Notes: a model not told the origin generated them from the sequence alone. A DNA stretch of 64,000 bases from an uncultured Methylomirabilota bacterium (GCA_963705305.1 OY970067.1:4864001-4928000), one strand, 5' to 3'. Positions 20,856-31,372 are shown, counted from the first letter of the stretch. Program-made: numbers and translations.

Positions 20856-21497
20856 TCAAGCCATTTCCTGCCGGTGGCGCCCCCGCGGAGATCCGGGGAC
20901 GGAACGGGCCGGCCGCGCCAGGCCTTCCTGGATGGCCCGCCACAGCTCCGACGCCCCCTCGCCCGTCTCGGCCGAGAAAAAGAGCGGCGCCTCGGGATCC
21001 GAAAGGCTCAACGCCCGCGCCACCGCGGCGCGCGCCGCTTGCCGCCGGCCTTGCGGCACCTTGTCCGCCTTGGTGAGCGCCAGCACCGACGGCAAGGCCG
21101 CGGCGGCCAGGAACTCCTGCAGCTCCCGGTCCTTCTCCGTCGGCTCATGGCGCGCATCCAGGATGTGGATGACCCCGCGAAGTGGCTCTCGTCCGGCCAG
21201 GTACCCCTCCACCAGCGCCCACCAGGCTTCCTGCACACGTCGCGGGACCTTGGCGTACCCGTAGCCCGGCAGGTCCACGAACAGGAATCGGTCGTTGACC
21301 TTGTAGAAGTTGATGGTTTGGGTCCGGCCGGGGGTGGCGCTGGTCCGGGCCAACTTCTGCCGGCCGAGCAGCCGGTTGATCAGCGACGACTTGCCCACGT
21401 TGGACCGGCCGGCAAAGGCGAACTCGGGCCAGGAGCCGCGGGGAAACTGGTCGGCCCGTCCCGCCACCTGAAGAAGATCGGCGCTCTCGACGCGCAT
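20856..21497 (-). CDS. engB: Ribosome biogenesis GTPase YihA/EngB
   Basis: GRSNVGKSS, DLPGYG, TKADK. Confidence 0.95.
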   Translation of the reverse strand: MRVESADLLQVAGRADQFPRGSWPEFAFAGRSNVGKSSLINRLLGRQKLARTSATPGRTQTINFYKVNDRFLFVDLPGYGYAKVPRRVQEAWWALVEGYLAGREPLRGVIHILDARHEPTEKDRELQEFLAAAALPSVLALTKADKVPQGRRQAARAAVARALSLSDPEAPLFFSAETGEGASELWRAIQEGLARPARSVPGSPRGRHRQEMA

Positions 21498-21664
21498 GCG
21501 AGCTGCCCCCTGGAACGACGGCCCCGGAAGTCCCCGGCGGCTGCGCCGAGTATACCATCCCGGCCGGCGACCTCCAATGCCCGGCGCGCCCGAGACGCTT
21601 GACCCCTGTCGCGGGCCCGTGCTACAAGAGGCCGGCGCCCACGGTCTGCCAATCGGAGGTGGCG

Positions 21665-22054
21665 ATGAGCGGAATCGCAGTGGGATTGCGCGGGACGGCC
21701 CGCCTGCGGGTCGCGCCCCAGCACACGGCTGAAACCCTGGGAAGCGGCGACGTGCCTGTCTTCGGCACCCCCGCACTGGTGGCCCTGATGGAGAGGGCCG
21801 CCGTGAACGCCCTGGCCGGCCGCCTGGCGCCGGACGAGACCAGCGTGGGCACCTGGATCGACCTGGCCCACCTCGCCGCCACCTCCGTCGGCGCCGAGGT
21901 GCGGGCCGAGGCCGAGCTTGTCGCTGTCGAGGGCCGCTCGCTGACCTTCGCCGTGACGGCCTCCGACACGCGGGAGAAGATCGGCGAGGGGCGCCACCGG
22001 CGGGTCGTCGTCACGCGGGACCGGTTCCTGCGAAAGCTCGAGGAGAAGCGCTAG
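21665..22054 (+). CDS. Fluoroacetyl-CoA thioesterase-like (FlK) hotdog protein
   Basis: GSGDVPVFGTP..VALME, SVG....HLA, GRHRR. Confidence 0.88.
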   Translation: MSGIAVGLRGTARLRVAPQHTAETLGSGDVPVFGTPALVALMERAAVNALAGRLAPDETSVGTWIDLAHLAATSVGAEVRAEAELVAVEGRSLTFAVTASDTREKIGEGRHRRVVVTRDRFLRKLEEKR

Positions 22055-23121
22055 CCCGCCACCCGCCCCGCCACGAGATCCCCCACCTCCGACGTGGTGT
22101 GGCCCATCTGGCCGGCGGCCAGGTTCCGCACCTTGTTCGCCGTCACCCATGCGACGGCCTCCTCCACACTCTTGGCGGCGGCCTCCTCACCCAGGGTGTC
22201 CAGCATCATGCCGCCCGCGCAGATGGCCGCCAGCGGGTTGATAACGTTTTTGCCCGCATACTTCGGGGCGGAGCCGCCCATCGGCTCGAACATGCTCACC
22301 CCGCCGGGATTGATGTTGCCCCCGGCGGCGATGCCCAGCCCGCCCTGGGTGATGGCGGCAAGGTCGGTGATGATGTCCCCGAACATGTTCCCGGTGACGA
22401 TCACGTCGAAGGCCTCCGGGTTCTTGATCATCCACATGCAGATGGCGTCCACGTGGTAGTATTCCCGCTTGATGTCCGGGTAATCCCGCTCCCCCATCTC
22501 GTGGAACGCCCGCTCCCACATCTCGTACATGTAGGTGAGCACGTTGGTCTTGCCGCACAGCGCCAGCGTCTTCTTCTTGTTCCGCCGCCGTGTGACCTCG
22601 AAGGCGTAGCGCAGGCAGCGGTCCACCTGGTGGCGGGTGTACATGGCCGTCTGCATGGCCACCTCGTGCGGCGTGCCCTTCATCATCACCCCGCCGGCCC
22701 CGGTGTACACGTCCCCCGTGTTCTCGCGCACCACCACATAGTCGATGTGCTCCGGCCCCTTGTCCTTCAACGGGCACTCCACGCCCGGGAAGAGCTTCAC
22801 CGGCCGCAGGTTGATGTACAGGTCCAGATCGAAGCGCATCTGGAGGAGGATCCCCTTCTCCAGGAGGCCCGGCGTGATCCCCGGCTGGCCGATGGCGCCC
22901 AGCAGGATCGCATCGAAGCCCCGCAGCTCTTGCAGGACGGAGGGCGGCAGGATGTCGCCCGTCCGCAGGTACCGCGCGGCCCCCAGATCGTATTCCGTGA
23001 AGGCCAGCGAGAAGCCGTGTTTGGCCTGCACTGTCTTCAGGACCTTCACCGCCTCCCGGATCACCTCAGGGCCGGTCCCGTCTCCGGGAATCAATGCGAT
23101 CTTGTAGCTCTTCTGGCTCAT
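22051..23121 (-). CDS. leuB: 3-isopropylmalate dehydrogenase (isocitrate/isopropylmalate family)
   Basis: [33 protein letters not shown]. Confidence 0.82.
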   Translation of the reverse strand: MSQKSYKIALIPGDGTGPEVIREAVKVLKTVQAKHGFSLAFTEYDLGAARYLRTGDILPPSVLQELRGFDAILLGAIGQPGITPGLLEKGILLQMRFDLDLYINLRPVKLFPGVECPLKDKGPEHIDYVVVRENTGDVYTGAGGVMMKGTPHEVAMQTAMYTRHQVDRCLRYAFEVTRRRNKKKTLALCGKTNVLTYMYEMWERAFHEMGERDYPDIKREYYHVDAICMWMIKNPEAFDVIVTGNMFGDIITDLAAITQGGLGIAAGGNINPGGVSMFEPMGGSAPKYAGKNVINPLAAICAGGMMLDTLGEEAAAKSVEEAVAWVTANKVRNLAAGQMGHTTSEVGDLVAGRVAG

Positions 23122-23238
23122 GGTCGCACCCTCTACTGATGTCGTGAGTTGGAAAGTCAGGAACGGATTCGGCGGGTCGCCGGGCCGCCCCTCCGGCCGC
23201 CCGAGCGGTCCGCACAGTACCAGTGGAGTCCGGGGCTG

Positions 23239-24162
23239 TCAAGGCATTCGGCCGGGCCCCAGGTGGCTCACCGGGCCGGCGGCGGCCACGCGGCCCCCTA
23301 CCGGCCGGCCGACCAGCTCCCCGGCCAGCCGGGCGCAACCGATGAGCCTCTCCAGGTCCACGCCCGTCTCCACCCCCATCTCGTGCAGCATGTGGACGAG
23401 GTCCTCGGTGGCCACGTTCCCGGTGGCGCCAGGGGAATAGGGGCAGCCCCCCAGGCCCCCCACCGATGCGTCGAAGACGGTCACGCCCGCCTGGAGGCCG
23501 GCCAGGACGTTGGCGAGCCCGGTCCCGCGCGTGTCGTGGAGATGCAAACCCAGATGGGGCAGCGGGACGCGGTCCGCCACGCGGGAGATCAGATCCCCCA
23601 CCTGCCGCGGGTTGCCCATCCCGCTGGTATCCGAGAGACTGATCTCGTCCGCGCCCATTCCGCGCAGGGCCTCGGCGATCCGCAGGACCGCCGCCGGATC
23701 CACATCCCCCTCAAAGGGGCAGCCGAAGCACATCGAGATCGCGCCCTTCAGCCTGAGGCCGGCCGCTGTGGCGGCCGCGGCCACCTCGGCGGAGGCCTCC
23801 AGCGCCTGGGCGATGCTCTTGTTGATATTCTTGCGGGAGTGCGTCTCGCTGGCCGAGAGGAAGAGAACAACCTCGTCCACCCCGGCGGCCAGCGCCCGCT
23901 CCAGACCCTTCAGGTTCGGAACCAGCGCCGCATAGCTCACCCCGGACCGGCGCGGGACTCCCGCCAACACCTCGCCGGCATCCGCCAGGTTGGGAACCCA
24001 CGTGGGGGAGACGAAAGAGGTGGCCTCCATCCGGCGGATTCCCGCCTCCGCCAGGGCCCCGATCAACCGGATCTTTCCGGCGGTCGGGACCGGTCGCGCC
24101 TCGTTCTGAAGCCCGTCCCGCGGACCTACCTCGCAGATCTCGACACGCGCTGGGAGCCGCAT
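23239..24162 (-). CDS. Hydroxymethylglutaryl-CoA lyase
   Basis: EVGPRDGLQNE, HLHDTRG, GLGGCPYSPGATGNVATED. Confidence 0.93.
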   Translation of the reverse strand: MRLPARVEICEVGPRDGLQNEARPVPTAGKIRLIGALAEAGIRRMEATSFVSPTWVPNLADAGEVLAGVPRRSGVSYAALVPNLKGLERALAAGVDEVVLFLSASETHSRKNINKSIAQALEASAEVAAAATAAGLRLKGAISMCFGCPFEGDVDPAAVLRIAEALRGMGADEISLSDTSGMGNPRQVGDLISRVADRVPLPHLGLHLHDTRGTGLANVLAGLQAGVTVFDASVGGLGGCPYSPGATGNVATEDLVHMLHEMGVETGVDLERLIGCARLAGELVGRPVGGRVAAAGPVSHLGPGRMP

Positions 24163-24207
24163 GGCTCGCGCCTCGCTCCTCTTCTCCGAAGACGGCTGCA
24201 GGATACC

Positions 24208-24310
24208 ATTCGAATTTCGAAATCCAAATTTCCCCTGCTCCGGTTCCCCGGTTCTCCGCTTCCGCGCGTCTCCCCCGCTCCCCTTTGCGTGCTCGGCGGC
24301 TTGGCGTGAG
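24208..24310. repeat. Degenerate heptamer and octamer tandem repeats
   Basis: ATTCGAA TTTCGAA ATCCAAA then CCCCTGCT CCGGTTCC CCGGTTCT CCGCTTCC. Confidence 0.5.
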
Positions 24311-24331
24311 GCGGTTTTTTTCGGATCGGGA

Positions 24332-24640
24332 TCAGCCCCACCCCTCATCCCCCGGGAAGAGGCTCAGGTGACGGACTCCCTGCCGTGGCTGGGCCATCCA
24401 GGGTGCCACCGTCTCCCGCCAGCGGAGATAGTGCGGGGTCTGCTGGTGGCGGCCAAAGTCCTCCTTCGTCCGGTAGACCTCATAGAGGAAGAACCGTGCG
24501 GGATCGGCCTCGCACTGCAGGACGTCGAATCGGACGTTGCCGGGCTCCGTCCGGCTCTGCCGGGCGTTTTCCAGCACGGCCTCGATGAAGGACTCCATCT
24601 GTTCGGGAAGAACGTGCACGGTAACGCACACAACGTACAT
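24332..24640 (-). CDS. Antibiotic biosynthesis monooxygenase family protein (LsrG-like)
   Basis: EPGNVRFDVLQ, FFLYEVY, HQQTPHY..W. Confidence 0.88.
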   Translation of the reverse strand: MYVVCVTVHVLPEQMESFIEAVLENARQSRTEPGNVRFDVLQCEADPARFFLYEVYRTKEDFGRHQQTPHYLRWRETVAPWMAQPRQGVRHLSLFPGDEGWG

Positions 24641-24720
24641 GGATGCGTCCTCCAGACCTTGCAGCCTCCTTCGATTCGTACCGGCTGCGGCCCCGTCCGG
24701 ACCCGGCGTGCCGGGCCGGA

Positions 24721-25551
24721 TCAGCGCATTGTCTCGAGCCGCACGCCGTCCATGTCGTCAAAGGTCTGGTTCTCGCCCCCCATGGCCCAGCAGAAGGTGT
24801 ATCGCCCCGTGCCCGCGGCGCAGTGGATGGACCAGGCGGGCGAGATCACCGCCTGCCGGTCCGCCACCACGAGGTGGCGCGTCTCCTGGGGGCGGCCCAT
24901 GAAGTGGAACACGTGGGCGCCCGGCGCCAGGTCGAAGTAGAGATACACCTCCGAGCGGCGCGTGTGGGTGTGGGGCGGCATAGTGTTCCAGGCGCTCCCC
25001 TCGTCCAGCTCGGTGAAGCCCATCACCAGCTGGCAGCTCTTGATGCCGTCGGGATGGATGTACTTGCGGATCGTGCGCTGGTTGCATTCGGCCTGCGTCC
25101 CCAGGCGGACCGCCGCCGCCTCCGCCCGGCGGGCGCCGGCGGTCGGGTAGCTCGCGTGGGCGGGGTAGCTCACCAGATAGAACTGCGCCGGCTGGCGGGC
25201 GTCCTCGCTGGCGAAGGTCACGTCGCGGCTGCCGCGGCCGACGTAGAGCGCGTCCCGGTTCCCCAGGACGAAGCGCTGGCCGTCCACCTGGACCGCACCC
25301 GCTCCCCCGACGTTCAGGATGCCCAGCTCGCGCCGCTGGCAGAAGAACTCCGCCCGCAGCTCGTCGGAGGCGGACAGGCCGAGCGGGCGCTCCAGGGGAG
25401 TGGCCGATCCCACGATCACCCGCTCCACATCGGCATACAAGAGCGTCAGCTGGCCCGGCGGGAACAGGGATGTGACCAGGAAGTTCTCCCGCAACTCGGC
25501 GGCGGTCATCGTGGCGTAGCGTGTCGGATCCGGAAGGAATCTGGTTTCCAT
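24721..25551 (-). CDS. kduI: 5-dehydro-4-deoxy-D-glucuronate isomerase
   Basis: RRELGILNVGG, WNTMPPHTH.RRSEVY.YF, WAMGGENQ. Confidence 0.95.
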   Translation of the reverse strand: METRFLPDPTRYATMTAAELRENFLVTSLFPPGQLTLLYADVERVIVGSATPLERPLGLSASDELRAEFFCQRRELGILNVGGAGAVQVDGQRFVLGNRDALYVGRGSRDVTFASEDARQPAQFYLVSYPAHASYPTAGARRAEAAAVRLGTQAECNQRTIRKYIHPDGIKSCQLVMGFTELDEGSAWNTMPPHTHTRRSEVYLYFDLAPGAHVFHFMGRPQETRHLVVADRQAVISPAWSIHCAAGTGRYTFCWAMGGENQTFDDMDGVRLETMR

Positions 25552-25676
25552 GGGCGTCTCCCTCGTTGGAGTTCGTGTAAGTGCCGTGGCCCCGGTCTGG
25601 GTGTCCGTCCGGCAGGCCGCCGGGCCGGGCCGCCTCTGCGGGGAGGGCCCCCCTGCCCTCTCGCACGATCGTCGCT

Positions 25677-26105
25677 TCATGGCTCCGCCGGAAACTTCCC
25701 GCCGGAGGTCCGGGGAACGGTGGGGGTCCAGGGCCCTGCGACCCGACGGGCCTCGCCATCGCCGGGCCACGGCGGCACGGTGATCCCCACGGCCGACAGC
25801 GGCTCGGGGCCGAAAGCGCGGAACTGAAAATGGGTGCCGACCGGAATGGTGATGCAGACTCCGGGCTCGACGGCGGTCAGGGCCTCTTGCGCCTCGAGCT
25901 TTCGCCACAGCTCGCCTCGGCCGCGCAGGAAGAACCAGATCTCCTCGACGGTCCGGTGAGCCACCGCAGTCGAGGTCTCTCCCGGAGCAAGCTCGAAGTG
26001 CGCCATGCTTCCACCCGGCAGCGCCAGCAGGAGGCGAACGGCGGACCCATCCGGAGCCGTCGCGTCGGACGCCACGGGCAGACGCTTGGTCTCGAATCCC
26101 GGCAT
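25677..26105 (-). CDS. Cupin domain protein
   Basis: APDGS.VR.L, H..VEEIW, THFQFR, PPWPG. Confidence 0.85.
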   Translation of the reverse strand: MPGFETKRLPVASDATAPDGSAVRLLLALPGGSMAHFELAPGETSTAVAHRTVEEIWFFLRGRGELWRKLEAQEALTAVEPGVCITIPVGTHFQFRAFGPEPLSAVGITVPPWPGDGEARRVAGPWTPTVPRTSGGKFPAEP

Positions 26106-26271
26106 ACGCTGTTCCTCACAACCCTGGCAGGGCAGAACCCGGCGCGGGCGTCCCGCCCCTCCGCCGCGCCACCACGGATGCTATGCCCGAGTCGAAGGTC
26201 GTGTCAAGCCGCGCCGGTCAGCCGCCGGGGTCGTGACGCCGCTTGACACTAGGGTCTGAAAGGACGAGAGG

Positions 26272-26560
26272 TTAGGCGCGGTTGTCAGCCGGAGTTGCGC
26301 CTGGGTTGCGTCGAGGCTCTATCAGGATCGCTTGGAGCGCATCCGCGGCCGCCCGGGTCGCCGCGGGGGTCAGATGGCTGTAGATGTCGACCGTGATCGC
26401 AACGCTGCTGTGTCCGAGCTGTCGGGAGACCACGAGGAGCGGCACGCCCCGCTGGAGGGCCAGGCTGGCGTAGGCGTGCCGGAGGTCGTGGAGCCGGACG
26501 AGGCGCGGAATGCCGGCAGCCGTGAGGCAGCGGCGGAAGGCCGCCCGGATCAAGTCCAGC
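26272..26560 (-). pseudogene. Tyrosine recombinase C-terminal remnant
   Basis: [11 protein letters not shown]...[20 protein letters not shown]-terminal domains absent. Confidence 0.85.
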
Positions 26561-26690
26561 CACGATCGCAGGTCCGCCACCGTGGCCAGGAAGCGGGTCA
26601 GCTCCGGCTCGGTAAGCCACTCTGGCCTGCCCCCAGCGAGCGGTGGCAGAACCGGCGGGTGCCATCCATGCGCCCGCAGTTATCGCTCCC

Positions 26691-26977
26691 TCAAGAAACG
26701 GCTGGCGGCTCCGGCGGTCCCTGTAGACCTGATTCACCCTTGGCTTCCGGCGGCCCCGGAGGGCCCGCCTCGCCCCTCTCGCCTCGGCGTCCCGGTGGCC
26801 CCTGCGCTCCCGCGGGTCCCGGTGGGCCGGGCGCACCTTTCGCCCCCCTGGGGCCGGCCGGCCCCGGCGCGCGGCTTTCTTGAGCTTCTTCCCCTCGCCG
26901 CTCGCGGCCGCGGTCGGCTGCGCTTGAACTGATGAGGTCTTCCCTTTGGCAGCTTTTCCTGCGGGTTTCCTAGCCAT
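26691..26977 (-). CDS. Small basic collagen-like protein (frameshifted by 1 nt)
   Basis: [21 protein letters not shown]... then in a shifted frame [48 protein letters not shown]..stop. Confidence 0.65.
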
Positions 26978-27039
26978 GGCGACACCTCCCATCCAGCGTG
27001 TAGGGCGGAGAGAACCGAGGACCCTGCCCGGCCCCGCGT

Positions 27040-27402
27040 TCAACAGGTGACGTGGAACAGGCCGATGGCGGCTCCCGTCGCCGCATTCCAGGCGGCGCTG
27101 GCGCGCGGGGTCGGGTAAAGCTCCACGGCGCAGTCCTTCTGCCGGAAGTACTCGGCCGCCTCCTCAGAGAGCGTGAGGGCGCCGCGGTGGCCGGTCCCCA
27201 CGATCAGCCGTCTTGCCCCCCGCTCGAAGACGGCTCGGGCCTCGTCCAGGGACATCGTGTGCGACGTGCCGTACACCGCCTTCGACAACTTCTTCTTCCG
27301 TTTCGTCACCGCCCCGTCCAGGTGGATGACAATGTCGTGCTCGTACTCCGCTCCCGCGATCGTAATGCTGCCGAACCGGGTGGCGTCGATGCGCGGATGC
27401 AC
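27040..27402 (-). CDS. Mth938-like domain protein
   Basis: FGSITI.G..YEHD, GTSH, IVGTG, FHVTC. Confidence 0.85.
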   Translation of the reverse strand: MHPRIDATRFGSITIAGAEYEHDIVIHLDGAVTKRKKKLSKAVYGTSHTMSLDEARAVFERGARRLIVGTGHRGALTLSEEAAEYFRQKDCAVELYPTPRASAAWNAATGAAIGLFHVTC

Positions 27403-27858
27403 GGCCTGTCCTCCCGCCACGATCCGCCCGCGGACCGCTGCTAGTGGACAGAAATAGGATGGATGAGCCCGCAGGCTCAGGATGGTCTTGGAGGGAGCAA
27501 AATCAAGAGCCAGGGCCAACTGGGCCCGTCGTGTGCCAGGGGAATCGGCGAGCGCCCCTCTGGAGGGTCGGCAGAGGGAACGCGGGCCTGCAATGTAAAC
27601 TTTTTACGCCTGCCGCAGTGCTTCTGTCAAGTCTCCTGGTCACGTCCGTGATCGGCTCAGGATGCCCCGTTTCCTCTCGTGGGGCTGCATCGAGCCGGGA
27701 ATGTTTCACGATCTCTCACAGGTGCCTGGGGGGCCGCGCCTTGGAGGCAATCGATACTCAATGCCGGGGTGCTGCCCGGATTCCGCAGGAAAAAACAGGC
27801 AGTCTGGAGCTGGCCCATGATGTGCTCGATGGGGATCTCTTCAGGAATCACCTCAGAA

Positions 27859-27944
27859 ACTCGCAACACTTTGTGGCAGGTTTCCAGGAGATAACGGCCG
27901 TCGCCGCGGCCGACTCGCACCACTTCGGCCCTTCTGTTGCGAGT
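27859..27944 (+). repeat. 86-bp three-box module, copy A
   Basis: ACTCGCAACA (0), ACTCGCACCA (+54), TGTTGCGAGT (+76). Confidence 0.8.
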
Positions 27945-28024
27945 CTCGGATGCCGGCTGCCCCCTCAATCCAGCGGCTGACCGCCGTCAAGGAGTCGAGG
28001 GGGGGTCTTCCCAGGTCCTCCCAC

Positions 28025-28702
28025 TCAGTTTGCCATCAACCTTTCAATGCACCCGGGGGTGCCAATCGCGGGGTTGTTGACCCGCCGGCTCACCGGGTAC
28101 GCCTCCATCTGTTCGGCAGGACATAGGCGGAGGAGGGGCTGTAAGCGTTCGGCCCCTTGCACAGAAGGATCGAGCCACACATCGTAGTCCGCCGACGACA
28201 GGATCACCGGCATGCGGAGATGCAGGGGCTCCATGAGCGCGTTCGCCACGGTAGTAATGATGGTGCAGGAGTCGATGGGCTGGCCATCCTGGGGATTCCA
28301 GCGTTCCCGCAGGCCCACAAAGGCGAAGGGCCGGCTATCGCGCCGGTGGATGTAGAAGGGCTGCTTGCGGCGCTCCTGCCGCTGCCATTCGTAGAAGCCG
28401 TCCGCGAGGATGAGGCACCGCCTCCCCCTGAAGGTGCGGCGGAAGGCCGGCTTCGTCGCCACTGTCTCCGCCCGGGCGTTGATCAGGCGGGTGCCGACGC
28501 CGGGTTCCTCCGCCCATGGCGGGATGAGACCCCAGAGGAGGAGACGAGCCTGCCGGTCGGGAGCGTCAGGCATGTTCACAACGGCGAGGACTTCTTGTGT
28601 GGGAGCAATGTTGTAGCGGGGCGTCCAGACGAGAAAGCTGGCCAAATTAAACTGCCGGACGAGGGTCGTGGCAGATGCGCTGAGGGTGAAGCGACCACAC
28701 AT
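28025..28702 (-). CDS. SOS response-associated peptidase (SRAP/YedK, abasic-site protein)
   Basis: MCGRF, YNIAPTQ, INARAET, GFYEW, H.RMPVIL. Confidence 0.93.
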   Translation of the reverse strand: MCGRFTLSASATTLVRQFNLASFLVWTPRYNIAPTQEVLAVVNMPDAPDRQARLLLWGLIPPWAEEPGVGTRLINARAETVATKPAFRRTFRGRRCLILADGFYEWQRQERRKQPFYIHRRDSRPFAFVGLRERWNPQDGQPIDSCTIITTVANALMEPLHLRMPVILSSADYDVWLDPSVQGAERLQPLLRLCPAEQMEAYPVSRRVNNPAIGTPGCIERLMAN

Positions 28703-28932
28703 AGCGTGATTACGCCAACCCGCGAGGGACCATTCACTACAGAGAGTCTACTCCACCTTCGATACCTTTCACCACTCGCTGTCTCCTCTTCCACCTCACC
28801 TCGTACGAACAGCCCGCATCTTCGTTGAAAGAGGCCGGCCCGTGAAAGGGGTCGGGAAAACTGGGCGGCGTTACCATAGCATCGACGATATTGGATGGGT
28901 GGCGGGTAATCCATCTTCCTCGTCCCCCGTAG

Positions 28933-29697
28933 CTATGGCTTTGGCGCATATGGTTCGAAGACGCTTTGCAATTCCCGAATTATCTCCTCGATTTTCAGAT
29001 CGATGCTCATGATTTGAAACCGCTGGGGGAAAATGAGCTGGAACACCTTTAGCGTGCCGATGGCCACTTCAACAGCCATCTTTACGGTTGCGACGATGGC
29101 AAACGCTTCAGGATGCAGAATCCCGACCTTATAGGTAAGCGGCTGCTCGGCCCTCCGCATGGAGATGAAGAGCCCCATCTGGTTTGGGTGGGCACCAAAG
29201 TCAATGGTTCTCTCGTATAGCTGGCCCATCACCTTCGCGCCAGCGGAATCGAGCGACCTATGGGTGGCCCGGACATTCGCAACCGTGAACTCCTTCTTAC
29301 AGCTTTTTTTCGCTGCCTCGTCCTCATTTCGCCGCAACCACACTTTGCTCCGCTCAGGAGGTCGTGGGTCCTTCGCAATATGCAACGCATACCATCCCTG
29401 CTCGATTGCAACCCGAAGTACCACGGAGGCTTCAGAGAGCTGGCCACTCATCGAGAGCCGAACTGCTGCGAGAAACGAGGACCAAGCTCGTATCATAAGG
29501 AAGCGGGGAACAACTAGTTCCTCGCGGTTGTCCTTCTCCATCGCGGCCTGAACAAACTGAAAGACCGCGTGGACCCGTTTAAGGAGAGCGTACATCGATG
29601 AGAAGTTGATTGAAGAGGCCCGATTATTGAATTCGGCATCTCTAAAAAACGACGATAGGGGATCGTCATCCCAGGCTGGTAATTGCATTTGCACCAT
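28933..29697 (-). CDS. Hypothetical protein (helical, DUF5677/HEPN-like)
   Basis: AT-richer 254-aa ORF; LRVAIE and Y..TIDFGAHPN motifs. Confidence 0.65.
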   Translation of the reverse strand: MVQMQLPAWDDDPLSSFFRDAEFNNRASSINFSSMYALLKRVHAVFQFVQAAMEKDNREELVVPRFLMIRAWSSFLAAVRLSMSGQLSEASVVLRVAIEQGWYALHIAKDPRPPERSKVWLRRNEDEAAKKSCKKEFTVANVRATHRSLDSAGAKVMGQLYERTIDFGAHPNQMGLFISMRRAEQPLTYKVGILHPEAFAIVATVKMAVEVAIGTLKVFQLIFPQRFQIMSIDLKIEEIIRELQSVFEPYAPKP

Positions 29698-29934
29698 CTC
29701 TTCGCTCCCTCAGGTCGCTCAATCCCCTTTTCGATATTCCTCCTGCTTCCGGCCCCATCCCTTCACCGCCTCAGCCTTCTCTGCGAGGACGGCGAGGCCC
29801 TTCAGTTCTCCGGAACAGGCAGTGGCACTCGGTCCATGACGAGCTGGGCCGCCCAGCGCCCTACGATCTCTTGGAGGCAACGGCCACCTGCAGCGGCTCG
29901 CCAGGGGGGCCAACGACGAGTAATCTCTTCAGCG

Positions 29935-30483
29935 TCATTCCACAGGGTCTCCGAACGACATCCCTAGGATCTCAAGACCCTCATCCTCTCGGCCCGCCGC
30001 ATTCGAGACGAGGGGGATGAAAGCGGACAAGTCTTCGTACGCCATCTCCACAAAGTCCCGGTCAGCGTACCGGTGTCTTTCCCTCGGGGGGAACATAACA
30101 TCCTGCTCACTACTGTTTGTCTCAAAGTCGAAGGCGTCATACTTGGCGTGGGCCAAAGCATTCCGACGAGAAACGCACCTGAACAAGGTCACGAACGGTC
30201 TACTCTCCGGTTGCACAGCAATGCCTAGCCGCTCGCATAGAAACAGAGCCTTCCTGCGGGTGGGAGACCTCTCGACCCGGTCTCTCCAATCCGAGCATAC
30301 CTCCTCGCCGATGTGATTGAGGAAAGCCTCAAACGCGAACGCGATGAAGAACAAGGCGGCCAGACGGTTGAAGTACTCTTCGCGGGGGCTGGCCTCCTTC
30401 CGCGCAAGGAATCGCCTCGCTCCGGCCCGGAATTCGGCGTACTGACGGTACTCGCCGTAGATCCGTCTACGCCCCTTACTCAT
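29935..30483 (-). CDS. Hypothetical protein with HEPN-like RxxxxH motif
   Basis: AFAFEAFLN.IGE and RNALAH. Confidence 0.65.
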   Translation of the reverse strand: MSKGRRRIYGEYRQYAEFRAGARRFLARKEASPREEYFNRLAALFFIAFAFEAFLNHIGEEVCSDWRDRVERSPTRRKALFLCERLGIAVQPESRPFVTLFRCVSRRNALAHAKYDAFDFETNSSEQDVMFPPRERHRYADRDFVEMAYEDLSAFIPLVSNAAGREDEGLEILGMSFGDPVE

Positions 30484-30530
30484 CGATACCCCCGCCTCCC
30501 CACCCCCCCAATGGGGCGCCATGCCTCGTC

Positions 30531-30653
30531 TCAATTCCTCGGCCACAACTCCGAGGCCACCACTCCCTCCGACGCTTCCGCATCGAGCCTGTACAGGAGG
30601 TCGATGCCGATCAGGGTCTCCAGCTCACGGACGCTCACCGTATTGGCTGCGAG
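30531..30653 (-). pseudogene. 3' remnant of a probable DNA/RNA non-specific endonuclease, copy 1
   Basis: LAANTVSVRELETLIGIDLLYRLDAEASEGVVASELWPRN*. Confidence 0.55.
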
Positions 30654-30802
30654 CTAGTCACACACGGCTAAACGGGCTCCCTGATCTCGGCCGAGCGCGC
30701 CGCTCTTGCCTCACTGTTGCAGGCCTTTCAACACCACCGCAGCCGCATCGGGGTCATGGCTCAGCGACCTCGGTGACACCATCGACTCGCGGAGCCGAAC
30801 GG

Positions 30803-31372
30803 TCACGGAGCCCTCGGGAACTCCTTTATGGCGGCCCCTGTCGGCAGATGCTCATAGCCGACGAACACCGGCGTCACCGTACAGTCCGGTTTCGCCTTTT
30901 CCACCCCTGCTGCTTTTAGAGGCCCGGCAGCACTCGCAGCCGCGCTTGCGAGATTCTGCAGTGTCTTCCCCTGCTCGGGTGTCGAGACCGTGTTAATTGC
31001 AGTCAGAATGCCATCGCTCGATAACGTTGCCCCGAACGTGTAGGCCTCCAAGAGGCCGTGCTCGTAGTGCAGACGATATGGATGTTGATCGTCCGGGACC
31101 GAGACAACCTTCCGAGTCTCGACCGGATTGCATTCGCCGGAAGGCACGGTCGGCGACCCCGGCTTGGTCGGATCCGCCGGCACATTGATTTGGATCAATT
31201 GATCGACCTCAACCAGGGGGATTGCGCGGTAAACGATTATCCCGACGGTATCCCTCTTGTCTTGATAATTCTTGGCTATCTCGGCGGGGTCGAGGGGGGA
31301 CATGATGACACTGCCGCTGCAAGCTGCCGCCATGAGCCCAAGCAAGACAGGCAAAGCTATCCTTCGTATCAT
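30803..31372 (-). CDS. Hypothetical lipoprotein
   Basis: Lipobox AAAC, SD AAGGGG. Confidence 0.72.
   Translation of the reverse strand: MIRRIALPVLLGLMAAACSGSVIMSPLDPAEIAKNYQDKRDTVGIIVYRAIPLVEVDQLIQINVPADPTKPGSPTVPSGECNPVETRKVVSVPDDQHPYRLHYEHGLLEAYTFGATLSSDGILTAINTVSTPEQGKTLQNLASAAASAAGPLKAAGVEKAKPDCTVTPVFVGYEHLPTGAAIKEFPRAP

Noticed and set aside
19225..26280. Isolated GTTAG motifs as integron attC sites
   Set aside because: No paired core sites, no array and no integron integrase
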